A DNA stretch of 63,078 bases, the filler included, from Octopus bimaculoides (taxonomy: Eukaryota), in NCBI RefSeq assembly GCF_001194135.2. It is 4 parts of 4 records of this genome, joined end to end, with 100 filler letters (N's around TTAATTAATTAA, not from the genome) between each part and the next. Parts side by side here need not be neighbours in the genome. Positions count along the whole stretch, not along the records: positions 35,305 to 61,483 come from NC_068985.1; 3 more parts are not named here. The stretch is one strand, 5' to 3'. This document shows positions 38,504 through 51,085 of this stretch, one piece after another; the stretch's first letter is position 1, and the number at the start of each line of letters is the position of its first letter. The notes under the pieces are model-generated. The model did no database searches, was not told where the DNA came from, and saw only the letters and a list, made by a program, of their open reading frames with translations. Position numbers and translations under genes: made by a program.

Positions 38504-39213
38504 NNNNNNNNNNNNNNNNNNNNNNNNNNNNNNNNNNNNNNNNNNNNNNNNNNNNNNNNNNNNNNNNNNNNNNNNNNNNNNNNNNNNNNNNNNNNNNNNN
38601 NNNNNNNNNNNNNNNNNNNNNNNNNNNNNNNNNNNNNNNNNNNNNNNNNNNNNNNNNNNNNNNNNNNNNNNNNNNNNNNNNNNNNNNNNNNNNNNNNNNN
38701 NNNNNNNNNNNNNNNNNNNNNNNNNNNNNNNNNNNNNNNNNNNNNNNNNNNNNNNNNNNNNNNNNNNNNNNNNNNNNNNNNNNNNNNNNNNNNNNNNNNN
38801 NNNNNNNNNNNNNNNNNNNNNNNNNNNNNNNNNNNNNNNNNNNNNNNNNNNNNNNNNNNNNNNNNNNNNNNNNNNNNNNNNNNNNNNNNNNNNNNNNNNN
38901 NNNNNNNNNNNNNNNNNNNNNNNNNNNNNNNNNNNNNNNNNNNNNNNNNNNNNNNNNNNNNNNNNNNNNNNNNNNNNNNNNNNNNNNNNNNNNNNNNNNN
39001 NNNNNNNNNNNNNNNNNNNNNNNNNNNNNNNNNNNNNNNNNNNNNNNNNNNNNNNNNNNNNNNNNNNNNNNNNNNNNNNNNNNNNNNNNNNNNNNNNNNN
39101 NNNNNNNNNNNNNNNNNNNNNNNNNNNNNNNNNNNNNNNNNNNNNNNNNNNNNNNNNNNNNNNNNNNNNNNNNNNNNNNNNNNNNNNNNNNNNNNNNNNN
39201 NNNNNNNNNNNNN

Positions 39214-39245
<32 letters not shown>

Positions 39246-39330
39246 AGGCTTCGTTCAGTTTCTGCCTCCTAGCAAATCCACTCACACGACTTTGGTTGGC
39301 CTGGGGCTATAGGAGAAGACACTTACCCAT
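38276..39330 (-). mobile_element. SINE family B copy spanning an N gap
   Basis: The 3-prime half (38276-38460) and 5-prime half (39243-39330) flank a (TA)n/N gap in the expected order. Confidence 0.7.
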
Positions 39331-39594
39331 GGTGCAACAACGTACGTGTGTGTACGCATGTATATATCATCATCATCATTCTAATGTCCGTTTGTCCATG
39401 CCTGCATGGGTCAGATGGAACTTTTTAGGCAGATTCTCTATAGCTGGATGCTCTTCCTGTCGCCAACTTTCATCAGCTTCCAAGCAAAGTAATCTTTCTC
39501 CTGGGCCAGACACGTCTTTCAAGAAGGACAGTAAACAAACCTCATTTGTGACTGTGGTGCTCGTTTTACATCCATCATGTGATGTCAAGACAAG

Positions 39595-39632
<38 letters not shown>

Positions 39633-40029
39633 ACAGGTTTCTTTCAGTTTCCATGTACCAAACCCATTCACCCCCGCTCCACCCTCTACACACAACACGC
39701 ATATACAACACAATGTCCTTCTTAAGTTTCTATCTACCAAATCCACTGAGAAGGCCTCAAGTTGGCCCAGAGCTATAAATAAGAATTACTTGCCCTAAGG
39801 AGTCATGCAGTGGGACGGAACCTGAAACTGCTCTGTTGGGAAGCGAGCTTCTCGTAAGCAATTAGGCTGATACCATGAGGGTGGGCATAGATGGAGTCAT
39901 AGACTGTAGGCCACTGGTGGTGGTGGTGGTGGTGATGATGAGAGTGTTATCACAAGCCTTAAGATTCACTTTTCTGCTCTGTTGATATCAATTTGAAATG
40001 GATGTGGGTGGGGGGAAGGAAACTTTTAT

Positions 40030-40390
40030 TGTATATTTTTACTTGTTTCAGCCCCTGAACCGTGGCCATGCTGGGGCATTATCTTCAAGGATTTATTCAA
40101 ACAAATCATCCACAGCACTTTGGTTTTTTTTAAGTCTAGTATTTATCATATTGAGTCTTTTATAAGGATATAAACAAACGAACACCACACGCACACGCAC
40201 ACACACATATATGTGTATGTATGTATGTGCCCACACGCTGGGTTTCCACACAGTTTTCACCAACCAAATTCATTGATAAAGCATTGTCCGGCCTGGGAAT
40301 ATAGTTGTGTCTAAGGTGTGCCATAAAGTAGGACTGAACTCAGAACCACGAAGCTGCAATGTGAATTTCTTGACCACCCAGCCATACTTA
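40030..40390 (-). mobile_element. SINE family B, decayed copy
   Basis: TTTTACTTGTTTCAG..GGCCATGCTGGGGCA tail and GGGACTGAACTCAGAACCAC head, reversed. Confidence 0.65.
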
Positions 40391-41994
40391 TACCATGGCA
40401 TTTCTTGACTTGACCCCTTAATCAGAACAGAAAGGGCTACACCCATGTCCTGACCATCTACTTTTACAGGGTCCCCCCCCCAAGATTTGGCGGGAAGATG
40501 GAGAAAGCCAAAGATGGCCCCCAAATCTGCAACAGGCCGGATTCTGTTAAAGACGTCTAAGAACCAGAAGATGGTGTTGAGCTGGGCGATGGATTATGTC
40601 CACTACGCAGGTCATCTCTGAAGAGACGTATGATTAAAAGACAAAGTTGGCAAAGTTTTAGAATAGTTCTTTCTACTTCACTGGGAAAGAAAATGGACAG
40701 GGAATTGGTAGAAAGTGAGAGGTAAAATTATAAAGAAAAAAAGGGGAAATATTTAGAAAAAAAAAATCTTTTAAAACTAATGATTCCTAGCGTGTAGGTT
40801 GCGGCAAAACAATCTCAGGTTCACCAGTCTTGTTAAATGTTTTAGCAGCAAATACACGATATATAAGAAACCAAACAAGGTTAATAACCAAAAAAAAAAA
40901 AGGTAAAACATTAGCTATTTAAAGATTACATTATCATCTGCCTAACTTTACTAGCACCGTAACATTGGCTGCATAAAATATGGGAGGTTTTTATGCCGCA
41001 CCCCGTATGCACCATTAATACTGCCAAAGATCAAACACCCTTTTCCTGTGAAGTATAGGGGTTTCAAGGAATTAAAGATGCTGCAGTCCTGGTTATTCCA
41101 GTCTCTCCAAAAGTATCTAGGATGACATTGTGTAATGTTTTTTGGGGTTTTAATATGACAAGGTGTGATTTTTATGGAGATTTAGCTGCTATTTCTAGCA
41201 AATTGTGTGACCACATTAAAACTACTCGGTGTATGTTACCGATCGGGTACTGTGATTAGTGTTAGCTCTCTTACAGTCTCTCATTTACTACTGTGATTAT
41301 TCAGCTTCAATATTCTCTACCTCTCCCTACCACCACTAGTCTCCTCCCTCCCTCTCTTGTAAGACACTGAACATAAGTTTTATGTATTAACTACTCCAGT
41401 TGTTTTACCTCAGCCCTCTCCTCGCACTGCAACCCTTCCTCCCACTCTCCCCCAGCCGTTCTAGCCCTCCCTCTCTCAACATGAGTCAAAGAAGGAGCTT
41501 CTATGAGGTCACTCGACCTGCTAGAAATAGCAGGCAAGTTTTCCATCAACTCACATCCTGTTGTCACAAAGAAGGACATCATCATCGACATCATCATCAT
41601 CGACATCATCATTATCGTCATCATCGTTTAACGTCCATGTTCATTGCTGGTATGGGTTATGCATGCACAAACAGAATGTTTCCCAACCGGGGAATTGAGC
41701 CCCCAGCTTCAACAGTGAAAGAATGGAATCCTAACCACTCTAGACCACTCGGAGATAATAGTCTTAGATAAACTATCTATGTGAATAGTATGTGATGGTC
41801 ATAAGTAGAATGGCTTTGGCCATAGGTCAAGTTGATGTGAGTAAACCTGAGGCAAACCAACACCTTCCAACATTTCATTGATCGATCTACACTCTAATCA
41901 TACATACATATATGCATGCATACACACACTCACACACACTCACATATATATGCTCACACATGCATGATATATGTATATATATATATATACACAC

Positions 41995-42039
<45 letters not shown>

Positions 42040-42053
42040 ATCATATATATATA

Positions 42054-42204
42054 TCATCATCATCATCATGATCGTTTAACGTCCACTTTCCATGCTAGCA
42101 TGGGTTGGACGATTTGACTGAGGACTGGTGCAACCGGATGGCAACACCAGGCTTCAATCTAATTTGGCAGAGTTTCTACAGCTGGATGCCCTTCCTAACG
42201 CCAA
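42054..42204 (-). mobile_element. Family D 3-prime end (cut by N gap)
   Basis: Near-identical to 42724-42870. Confidence 0.85.
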
Positions 42205-42497
42205 NNNNNNNNNNNNNNNNNNNNNNNNNNNNNNNNNNNNNNNNNNNNNNNNNNNNNNNNNNNNNNNNNNNNNNNNNNNNNNNNNNNNNNNNNNNNNNNN
42301 NNNNNNNNNNNNNNNNNNNNNNNNNNNNNNNNNNNNNNNNNNNNNNNNNNNNNNNNNNNNNNNNNNNNNNNNNNNNNNNNNNNNNNNNNNNNNNNNNNNN
42401 NNNNNNNNNNNNNNNNNNNNNNNNNNNNNNNNNNNNNNNNNNNNNNNNNNNNNNNNNNNNNNNNNNNNNNNNNNNNNNNNNNNNNNNNNNNNNNNNN

Positions 42498-42552
<55 letters not shown>

Positions 42553-42723
42553 ATATATATAATATACACACATACATATATACATTTATTTACCTCAAGG
42601 AATTAAAGATGCTGCAGTCCTGATTATTCTGTTCTTCCCAAAAGTATCTGGAATGACATTGTGTAATGTTTTTGGGGTTTTAATATGACAAGGTGTGATT
42701 TTTATGGAGATTTAGCTGCTATT

Positions 42724-42974
42724 CATCATCATCATCATCATCGTCGTTTAACGTCCGCTTTCCATGCTAGCATGGGTTGGACGATTTGACTGAGGACTGG
42801 TGAAACCGGATGGCAACACCAGGCTCCAATCTAATTTGGCAGAGTTTCTACAGCTGGATGCCCTTCCTAACGCCAACCACTCAGAGAGTGTAGTGGGTGC
42901 TTTTACGTGTCACCCGCACGAAAACGGCCACGTTCGAAATGGTGTCTTTTATGTGCCACCCGCACAAGCCAGTC
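42724..42974 (-). mobile_element. Family D copy (cut by N gap)
   Basis: CATCATCGTCGTTTAACGTCCGCTTTCCATGCTAGCATGGG..TTTTACGTGTCACCCGCAC modules. Confidence 0.88.
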
Positions 42975-43964
42975 NNNNNNNNNNNNNNNNNNNNNNNNNN
43001 NNNNNNNNNNNNNNNNNNNNNNNNNNNNNNNNNNNNNNNNNNNNNNNNNNNNNNNNNNNNNNNNNNNNNNNNNNNNNNNNNNNNNNNNNNNNNNNNNNNN
43101 NNNNNNNNNNNNNNNNNNNNNNNNNNNNNNNNNNNNNNNNNNNNNNNNNNNNNNNNNNNNNNNNNNNNNNNNNNNNNNNNNNNNNNNNNNNNNNNNNNNN
43201 NNNNNNNNNNNNNNNNNNNNNNNNNNNNNNNNNNNNNNNNNNNNNNNNNNNNNNNNNNNNNNNNNNNNNNNNNNNNNNNNNNNNNNNNNNNNNNNNNNNN
43301 NNNNNNNNNNNNNNNNNNNNNNNNNNNNNNNNNNNNNNNNNNNNNNNNNNNNNNNNNNNNNNNNNNNNNNNNNNNNNNNNNNNNNNNNNNNNNNNNNNNN
43401 NNNNNNNNNNNNNNNNNNNNNNNNNNNNNNNNNNNNNNNNNNNNNNNNNNNNNNNNNNNNNNNNNNNNNNNNNNNNNNNNNNNNNNNNNNNNNNNNNNNN
43501 NNNNNNNNNNNNNNNNNNNNNNNNNNNNNNNNNNNNNNNNNNNNNNNNNNNNNNNNNNNNNNNNNNNNNNNNNNNNNNNNNNNNNNNNNNNNNNNNNNNN
43601 NNNNNNNNNNNNNNNNNNNNNNNNNNNNNNNNNNNNNNNNNNNNNNNNNNNNNNNNNNNNNNNNNNNNNNNNNNNNNNNNNNNNNNNNNNNNNNNNNNNN
43701 NNNNNNNNNNNNNNNNNNNNNNNNNNNNNNNNNNNNNNNNNNNNNNNNNNNNNNNNNNNNNNNNNNNNNNNNNNNNNNNNNNNNNNNNNNNNNNNNNNNN
43801 NNNNNNNNNNNNNNNNNNNNNNNNNNNNNNNNNNNNNNNNNNNNNNNNNNNNNNNNNNNNNNNNNNNNNNNNNNNNNNNNNNNNNNNNNNNNNNNNNNNN
43901 NNNNNNNNNNNNNNNNNNNNNNNNNNNNNNNNNNNNNNNNNNNNNNNNNNNNNNNNNNNNNNNN

Positions 43965-44008
<44 letters not shown>

Positions 44009-44029
44009 TACACACACACACTCACACAC

Positions 44030-44221
44030 ATGGGGTGTCCATAAATTACCTTAGCAATTTGGAAAATTTGGAAACAAATGGAAAATAAGGATAATTCATC
44101 AGAGTTTGTTGGAGAACCTATTAAAAACATCAGAACACTCCCATGTGGGATCCATTGATACCATGCAACACATGTGGACAATACTCGCTTTCAATTGTAA
44201 AGATAATTTATGGACACTCTA
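44030..44221. mobile_element. Tc1/mariner-type MITE
   Basis: GGGTGTCCATAAATTACCTTAGCAATT and AATTGTAAAGATAATTTATGGACACTC are imperfect TIRs about 190 bp apart. Confidence 0.6.
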
Positions 44222-45129
44222 CCTATATGATAGGCTTCCACACAGTTTCCATCTAATAAGTTCAAACACAAGACATTACACGACAAGGGACTGTTGTAGA
44301 AGACAATTACCCAAGGTGCTGCTGTGTAGGAGGATTGAACCTGCAAAGTGAACTTAACCACTTGTCTGTTTATGTAACAAAATTTATTATAAAAGCTTAA
44401 ACTGATTTTTAATTATAGTGAAGCAATGCTGTTTCTTGCAGAAAGTGAAGGCCTGCATCACTTGTTGCAAATATCCTAGTGAACTTTTGTTAGTTTAACA
44501 TCTGATTTTATGTGCTAGCATGAGTTGGAGGAGGAGATTTTGTGGTTGATTGTTCTTTCTGTTACCAACCTTCACCTGGTTTCTGATGTAAGGGTATCTT
44601 ATTTCCCTGGTCTTTGAAAATCCAAAGTGACTGGTCTTAATATCTATAAGGAATGTATTCCTATCACCATTTTTCCTAGTCACCATTCACTTCCATCTTA
44701 CATATACATTTAAATATCTGTTTCATCGTGTGTCCAATAATTTATCTGGTTTGTTCTTGACCACTTCTAAAGACTAACGAGACCAATTATTGCATGGAAG
44801 TGTCTATTGCAAAGTTCACAAGGGATCCATAGTGAAGGCTTTGGTTATTGCAGCCTCCATTTTCTTTCTTGCCATTTCTCTTCTTCTTTCTTGTGTCGTT
44901 CTGCTTCAAACTGAGCTTTCTAAGTTTCCATCAAGCAAGTTCACTCACAAGTCTGGTGTTGGTGCCATGTAAAAAGCACCCTCTACTCTCTGTAAAGTGG
45001 TTAATGTTAGGAAGGACATCCAGTTCTAAAAACAATGCCAAAACTGACAATGGAGCCAAGGGTCATTCCTGGCCTTACCAGCCTCTGACAAACCATTCAA
45101 TCCAGACCAGTATAGAAAAAGGACCTTAA

Positions 45130-45337
45130 CCCTTTTGATACCAACCCGGCTCTGTAGTACAAATGTCTTGTTTTTAAAAGTTCTCAATTACAATCTTCCA
45201 CCAAACCTTAGTCAAAATTTATGTTCCTAACACTGGCTGAATGATAACTAAGTTATTTTACAAAATTGTTTGTTATATTTAAAATTAATTGAAAGACACA
45301 CAGACTATCACAAAATAAATACAGTAAAAAAACAGGG
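45130..45337. mobile_element. Possible second piggyBac-type MITE
   Basis: TTAA-CCCT..AGGG-TTAA boundaries; the TIR match is short and imperfect. Confidence 0.45.
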
Positions 45338-45341
45338 TTAA

Positions 45342-45375
<34 letters not shown>

Positions 45376-46206
45376 GTGCATTAGTCTGACCCAGGACTTT
45401 GAAGGAAGACATTTGCTCCCGGTACTGGACAGTGGAGCCGAACACAAAACTATTGTTGCAGATAATTATTACCTGGAGATTATCATCTCAAATCCTGAGA
45501 ATCATTGGATCAGTTCTCTGGTTTCCATAGCATTTAAAGGACCCATACCACCACATTGCCCTTGAACAGGATACAAGTCCAGTGCAGGATACAAGTCCAG
45601 TGCAGCTGAACTGACTGGAGCAACACGAAATGAATACAACACACATCTGGGAATCAAAACATGATCCTTCAATTTTAAGTCCAACAGCCTAACCACAAAG
45701 GGAGCATATCAACCACTTCTTTTTGCAAATAACCAATCAGATTTCAATATAAATCTTTTAATCTTTATATGAAATAGATGCAACAAAGATACATAAAATC
45801 TGTATATATCCTTATATAAATACTGATGAAACAGGCCCTGTTAATTTGGCTTGGGATCTATCTCAATGTTGTTATTGATGGAAATAGAGAGATTGGTTCA
45901 GCAATTTAATGAAATTCCGGAGGTTTAAAGTCCAACAAACATGTCATCTTGCTTTCGATAAAACAACCAAGACATAATCATCATCATCATCATCATCATC
46001 ATCTTGTTTCCATGCTGGCATGGGTTGGACAGTGTGAGAGGAAATGGCATGCAGGAGGGCTGCACCAAGCTCCAGTCAACTGCTTTGGATTTGCTTTAAA
46101 CATTAATTCTATAACATTTTTCTCACTCTGCCATCCATTGCAATTCTGTCTTCTCCATTCCTTGTCATTCTCATTACTCTGACATAAACAACATTACACA
46201 GAAAAA

Positions 46207-46281
46207 TGTACATTATTTACATTTGCTGGATATTTGTCCTCATCTTGTTTGTTGTTAACACAACATTTCGACTGATATATC
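46207..46281 (-). mobile_element. Fragment of the hammerhead-bearing Penelope-type repeat
   Basis: TACATTATTTACATTTGCTGGATATTTGTCCTCATCTTGTTTGTTGTTAACACAACATTTCGACTGATATA matches 53213-53283; truncated inside the ribozyme motif. Confidence 0.85.
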
Positions 46282-46600
46282 GGTGGCACGTAAAAAAAAC
46301 ATTCGAGCGAGGTTGTTGCCAGTGCTGCCGGACTGGCTCCTGTGCAGGTGGTACGTAAAAAACACCATTTTGAGCATGGCCGTTGCCAGTACTGCCTGAC
46401 TGGCCCTCGTGTCAGTGGCACGTAAAAGCACCCACTACACTCTCGGAGTGGTTGGTGTTAGGAAGGGCATCTAACTGTAGAAACTACACCAGATCAGATT
46501 GGAGCCTGGTGCAGCCATCTGGTTTGCCGGTCCTTTGTCAAATCGTCCACCCCATGCTAGCATGGAAAGCAGACGTTAAACGATGATGATGATGATGATG
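46282..46600 (+). mobile_element. Family D copy with three ~65-bp modules and (GAT)n tail
   Basis: GGTGGCACGTAAAA-type module starts at 46282, 46347 and 46414; ends GACGTTAAACGATGATGATG. Confidence 0.88.
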
Positions 46601-47541
46601 AAACACTGGGGTCGATGTAATTGATTAGTCCCCTCCCCACAAATTCCAGGCCTTGTACCTATAGTAGAAAGGATTATTGCAAAAGTGCTTAGAACATAAT
46701 TCTAACATGAAATTCTAATTTAGATCACTTTAAAAACCTTAAGTTTTAACAGATTGTTTTGTGTGGGTCGGTATCAAAAGTGCTAAGATGGCATTGTGTA
46801 ATTAGAAAAAGATTGAGTTAAGTAAGTAACTGGTTTTATTTTAATGACCATATAAACATTGTCCGACATCTTGCTTGTTTGCAATGAGGTGAACCAAAAA
46901 TTTGACCATGAAAAAGTCACCTAAACCCATGCAATAATGATATAATCAAACATTGACACTATGGCCCTGTTCCCACCAATTCTTTCATTATAATTTTGTG
47001 GACTTGAATACAAGAGGAAGGCATTAAATTCGTTCATTTTCTTTATTTTTGCATCATATGTGAATTGTCTTAAATATAGCCTAAAGTATGACATGACACA
47101 TTGACTGAAAGAAAAACCACTTAAGAATCGGTGAATGACAAGTCCAGGTTTTGCAATGTTCCACCCACCATTTTTAATTAGTTTCCATTGGGTAGCAACC
47201 ATTCGAGATGCACTCTTTTTTATTTGTATTTTGTTTTTATGTATCATGTTTATTTTTCTCCTGGCAGTTAATAATTGTTATTAACTTTTCATTAATAGGT
47301 GTGATAAGGTATCACAACAGAACTGACAAATTCACACTCACTTACACACACTTGCACACACAGACTCTTTCAAAAACACATATACACCCACCCTATTACA
47401 CATGCTTGAATACATTGTCAACAACACTCATATACACGCATAAAATGATAATACAGTCTCCATATTATTAATAGCCAAATGCTAGCATTACATAAAACAA
47501 TGACAGAAAGCCAGGATATCTCTCTCCCTCAATAATTATAA

Positions 47542-47592
<51 letters not shown>

Positions 47593-47595
<3 letters not shown>

Positions 47596-47766
47596 TTTTC
47601 TACTCTAGGCACAAGGCTCGAAATTTTTGGGGAGGGGGCCAGTCGATTAGATCGACCCCAGTACTTAATTTATCGACTCTGAAAGGAGGAAAGGCAAAGC
47701 CGACCTCGGTGGAATTTGAACTCAGAACGTAAAGACAGATGAAATACCGTTAAGCATTTTGCCTGG
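47593..47766 (-). mobile_element. SINE family A copy
   Basis: TTTCTACTCTAGGCACAAGG tail, GGAATTTGAACTCAGAACGTAAAGACAG head region, adjacent (TTA)n. Confidence 0.8.
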
Positions 47767-47922
47767 TGGCACACTCCATCAAAGTGACACTGGGGTACAA
47801 TTATATGAAACCTAATGTGACCGCATGGTTGATTTCTGTATCAGTGTATTTTAGCGATTTAAATAAGAGTTTTGACTGTTATTTCCAGCAGGTAAACATA
47901 CATAGCATGTCCTTTGATTAAT

Positions 47923-47978
<56 letters not shown>

Positions 47979-48501
47979 AAGCCAGCATGAAGCACAGACG
48001 CTAATCAATATATATGAAGTTTGTGTCTTTCATTGAGCATGTTTGCTGTGCAGGTAAACAGGAGAGCTTGCAAGATGTATATTTGTCACCAAAAGTAAAA
48101 CATGGTTGAAATATCTCCCATGTTTATTCATCTGTGTATTGTTAAAATAAAGTTAAGACACAAAGGATTTTTCACATATCTCCAAATAAGATTTCTAGCC
48201 ATGTTATTACATTTGTAACAAGTTTTAAAATTCTTATTTAAAGAATTTGCACAAATTTCACTGCAAAAAAAACAGTTCTGCTTCAGTGAATATTATTTTG
48301 TGTTTTGTTAAAATATTGCTCCAAACAAAACATTTCCTCCATATTTCACAGTGGTAACTTTTCTTTCCCCCATTCACTCTCTTGTATTGCTTTATGCATG
48401 AAAACTTCATATTTTGAAGAGAATGTTAGACAATGTTTCCCACAAACTTTTCCATTAATATTTTAGTTGTGTTTCTGTGAAGGAGTTGGTTTTGTGAGAA
48501 A

Positions 48502-48800
48502 GCACATGGCCTACTGGTTAGGATATCCTCCTCGTGATCACAAGGTCGGGAGTTCAATTCCCAGCAGTGCATGGCTTTGTGGTTGGGGTATCCTCCTCAT
48601 GATCACAAGGTCGAGAGTTCAATTCCCAGCAGTGCATGGCTTTGTGGTTGGGGTATCCTCTTCATGATCACAAGGTCGGGAGTTCAATTCCCAGCAGTGC
48701 ATGGCTTTGTTGTTGGGGTATCCTCCTCGTAATCACAAGGTTGGAAGTTCAATTCCCAGCAACGCATGGCTTTGTCGTTGGGATGTCCTCCTCATAGTCA
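48502..48800 (+). repeat. Tandem array of 65-bp tRNA-like SINE heads (4 full units plus a partial)
   Basis: GTTCAATTCCC (B box) recurs at 48552, 48617, 48682 and 48747 (period 65). Each is preceded by a TGGC..TGG A-box-like motif. Confidence 0.92.
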
Positions 48801-49068
48801 TAATACACAGCAGCTCATTCTGTCCTTGAGCAAGACACTTTATTTCACAATGATCCAGTTCACTCAACAGGCAATATTGAGTTGTACCTGTAATTACAAA
48901 GGGATGACCTTATCACATTCTGTGTCACACTGAAACCACTCTGAGAACTACATTAAGAATATGCATGCCTGTGGAATACTCAGCCACTTTCATGTTAATT
49001 ACATGAGCAGGCTGTTCTGTTGATCAGATCAACTGGAATGCTTGTCATCATAGTGATCAGAATCCTAG
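48801..49068 (+). mobile_element. Body of a CORE-like / family C SINE, CpG-decayed
   Basis: TGTCCTTGAGCAAGACACTTTATTTCAC (CORE-like), then GAGAACTACATTAAG..CTCAGCCACTT..GAGCAGGCTGTTCTGTTGATCAGATCAACTGGAA, homologous to 29330-29470. Confidence 0.8.
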
Positions 49069-49364
49069 TTTACTGTGTACAGTTCACATTTCACAAACTA
49101 AGTAAATATGTGACATTCGTCATGTGGTGAGTTAGTGTAAGACATGGTCTTATTGTCATGGTTGTTTCGTTCTAAGACAAAGGCCAATGTCCATAATATT
49201 TGCTTATTCTCTGAGACTGGTAAAAACAAGAAACCCTGACCTATCTTCTTCCATCTATCTGACAGGCTTCCATACAATCTCTACTGTTATCCATCCCCAG
49301 TTTCACTTACAGAACTTCAAACAATGTGATTTGGGAGTAAAATGCATTTTGGAGTCAAAGAGGT

Positions 49365-49575
49365 GCACATACTTTTGTACATGTTTTTACACATTACTGC
49401 AAAATTATTGCATATGTTGCTATGCACAGTGCTGTCCATATTGCACCACAGTGCTCACATATTGGTGCACATACTGCTGCACTCATAGCTGTTCATATTG
49501 TTGCCTGTACTGCTGCATATATTAACTGCAGTGTTGCACATGTTATGTTGCTGCACATTATTGCACATGTGAAAT
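49365..49575. repeat. Degenerate ~12-bp tandem repeat (GCACATATTGCT-like)
   Basis: Recurring GCAC/ATATTG motifs at roughly 12-bp spacing. Confidence 0.65.
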
Positions 49576-50085
49576 GTTATATGAAGAATTTCTCCTTAGA
49601 ATTTATTTACAAGTTTCTAACTTCACCATCCAAATATTTACCATAATTATCTATAAAGTGCAGCTGTGAGTATTTAGCTTAATGCATGGGTTGGGGAGTA
49701 GACTGTCCGAGTTCAATTCTCCGTATAGTCAACTTAGTGACTCGCTCCTCCAAAGTCGATACAACCAGTAATACACTGGAATTGATTTTAAGATGATAAA
49801 CATTGGTTTCTACCCTTTATCCCCAAGGTAACATTGCCACATCCTCAAATAGGAAATCAATATCTGCCTGATATTGGTCAGTTCCCTTTCAAGAGAGCAA
49901 TGTTTCTTCTCTTGATGTAATTGCGCTTTCCTATAAAGTTTAGTCTTACTTCCGATTGGCTCAGAAATACAAGGTCATATTAGTTCTTCGATAACACTGG
50001 CCTCTGATGTTTCTACACTTCACACTTCTCCTACATACAATACACCTATTTCTTCACATATATAATAGTAATAAAAATAATAACG

Positions 50086-50143
<58 letters not shown>

Positions 50144-51048
50144 TGATGATAAAAAAAATTATAAGGAAAGAAAGATGAAGAATAAGAAAAGTAGCAAGGA
50201 TGGGTGGAGAGGAAGAAAAAAAGAAAAACGGAAAAACAAAAAAGGCAGCTATATATCCATATCTAATATTGGTTAATGCTTCAGTACATTTAATGCGACC
50301 ATTATTCACAGAGAAACCACTTTTAGTTTCATCCTCAGAGGAGAAAAACCATGATTAGTAAAGATGATTTCAACTGAAGAAAATTTATGGAAGCTCGCTA
50401 AAGCAATGCTGCAAAATTCAAGGTGAACATCATCTTGGTAGCCGAAAGTAAAGTCTTACTAATCAAAACAACAGGTCAAGTCACAGAAAATGGACCCATA
50501 ATGGTTTTAGATTCTTCACAACTACTGCATTATTTGTCAAAACTTTTATCATTATTCTTGAGTTGTGTGTTCCCCCCATGGGAAGAAATTTGTGTAGATC
50601 TTATGGATTATTATAAGTAGAAGATGTATTTATGTGTGTGTGTGTGTGTGTGTGTGTGTCCGTCTGTCTGTCTGTCTGTCTGTCTATATATATGTGTGTG
50701 TTTGTATATGTGTGCATCTGTATGTGCAAATGTATATATTTGTGTGCAGGTGTGTATCAGTCTATATTTATGCATATATCATTTGCGCATATGTGATTGT
50801 GTGTGTATGTTTGTCTGTCTGTCTATGCATATGTATTTATTTCTATATGTATGCATCTGTATGTGCACATGTATATATTTGTGTGCATGTGTGCATGCAT
50901 ATATCAGTCTGTATTTATGTGTATATCATCTGTGCACATGTGTATGTGATTCTGTGTGTGTGTATATGTGTGTATATATGTCTCTGTCTGTCTNNNNNNN
51001 NNNTGTATACCATTTGTGTGTGAGTGTGTATCTATAGAAAGAGAGAAA

Positions 51049-51085
<37 letters not shown>

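Noticed and set aside
15989-44181. Long ORFs full of X (around 16.1, 19.1, 37.0, 38.5, 42.2 and 43.0 kb)
   Set aside because: They are open only because N gaps contain no stop codons.
45823-45845. CTGATGA followed by a small hairpin (AACAG/CTGTT)
   Set aside because: No GAAA or stem I/III downstream; not a supportable hammerhead.
48502-48800. Possible CRISPR array or tRNA gene cluster
   Set aside because: The units are contiguous with no unique spacers and there are no cas genes; the context is eukaryotic. The units are SINE heads lacking a complete acceptor stem.
49800-50010. Protein-like minus-strand frame (..LYRKAQLHQEKKHCSLERELTNIRQIL..)
   Set aside because: Short, bounded by stops, with no splice sites or recognisable family.
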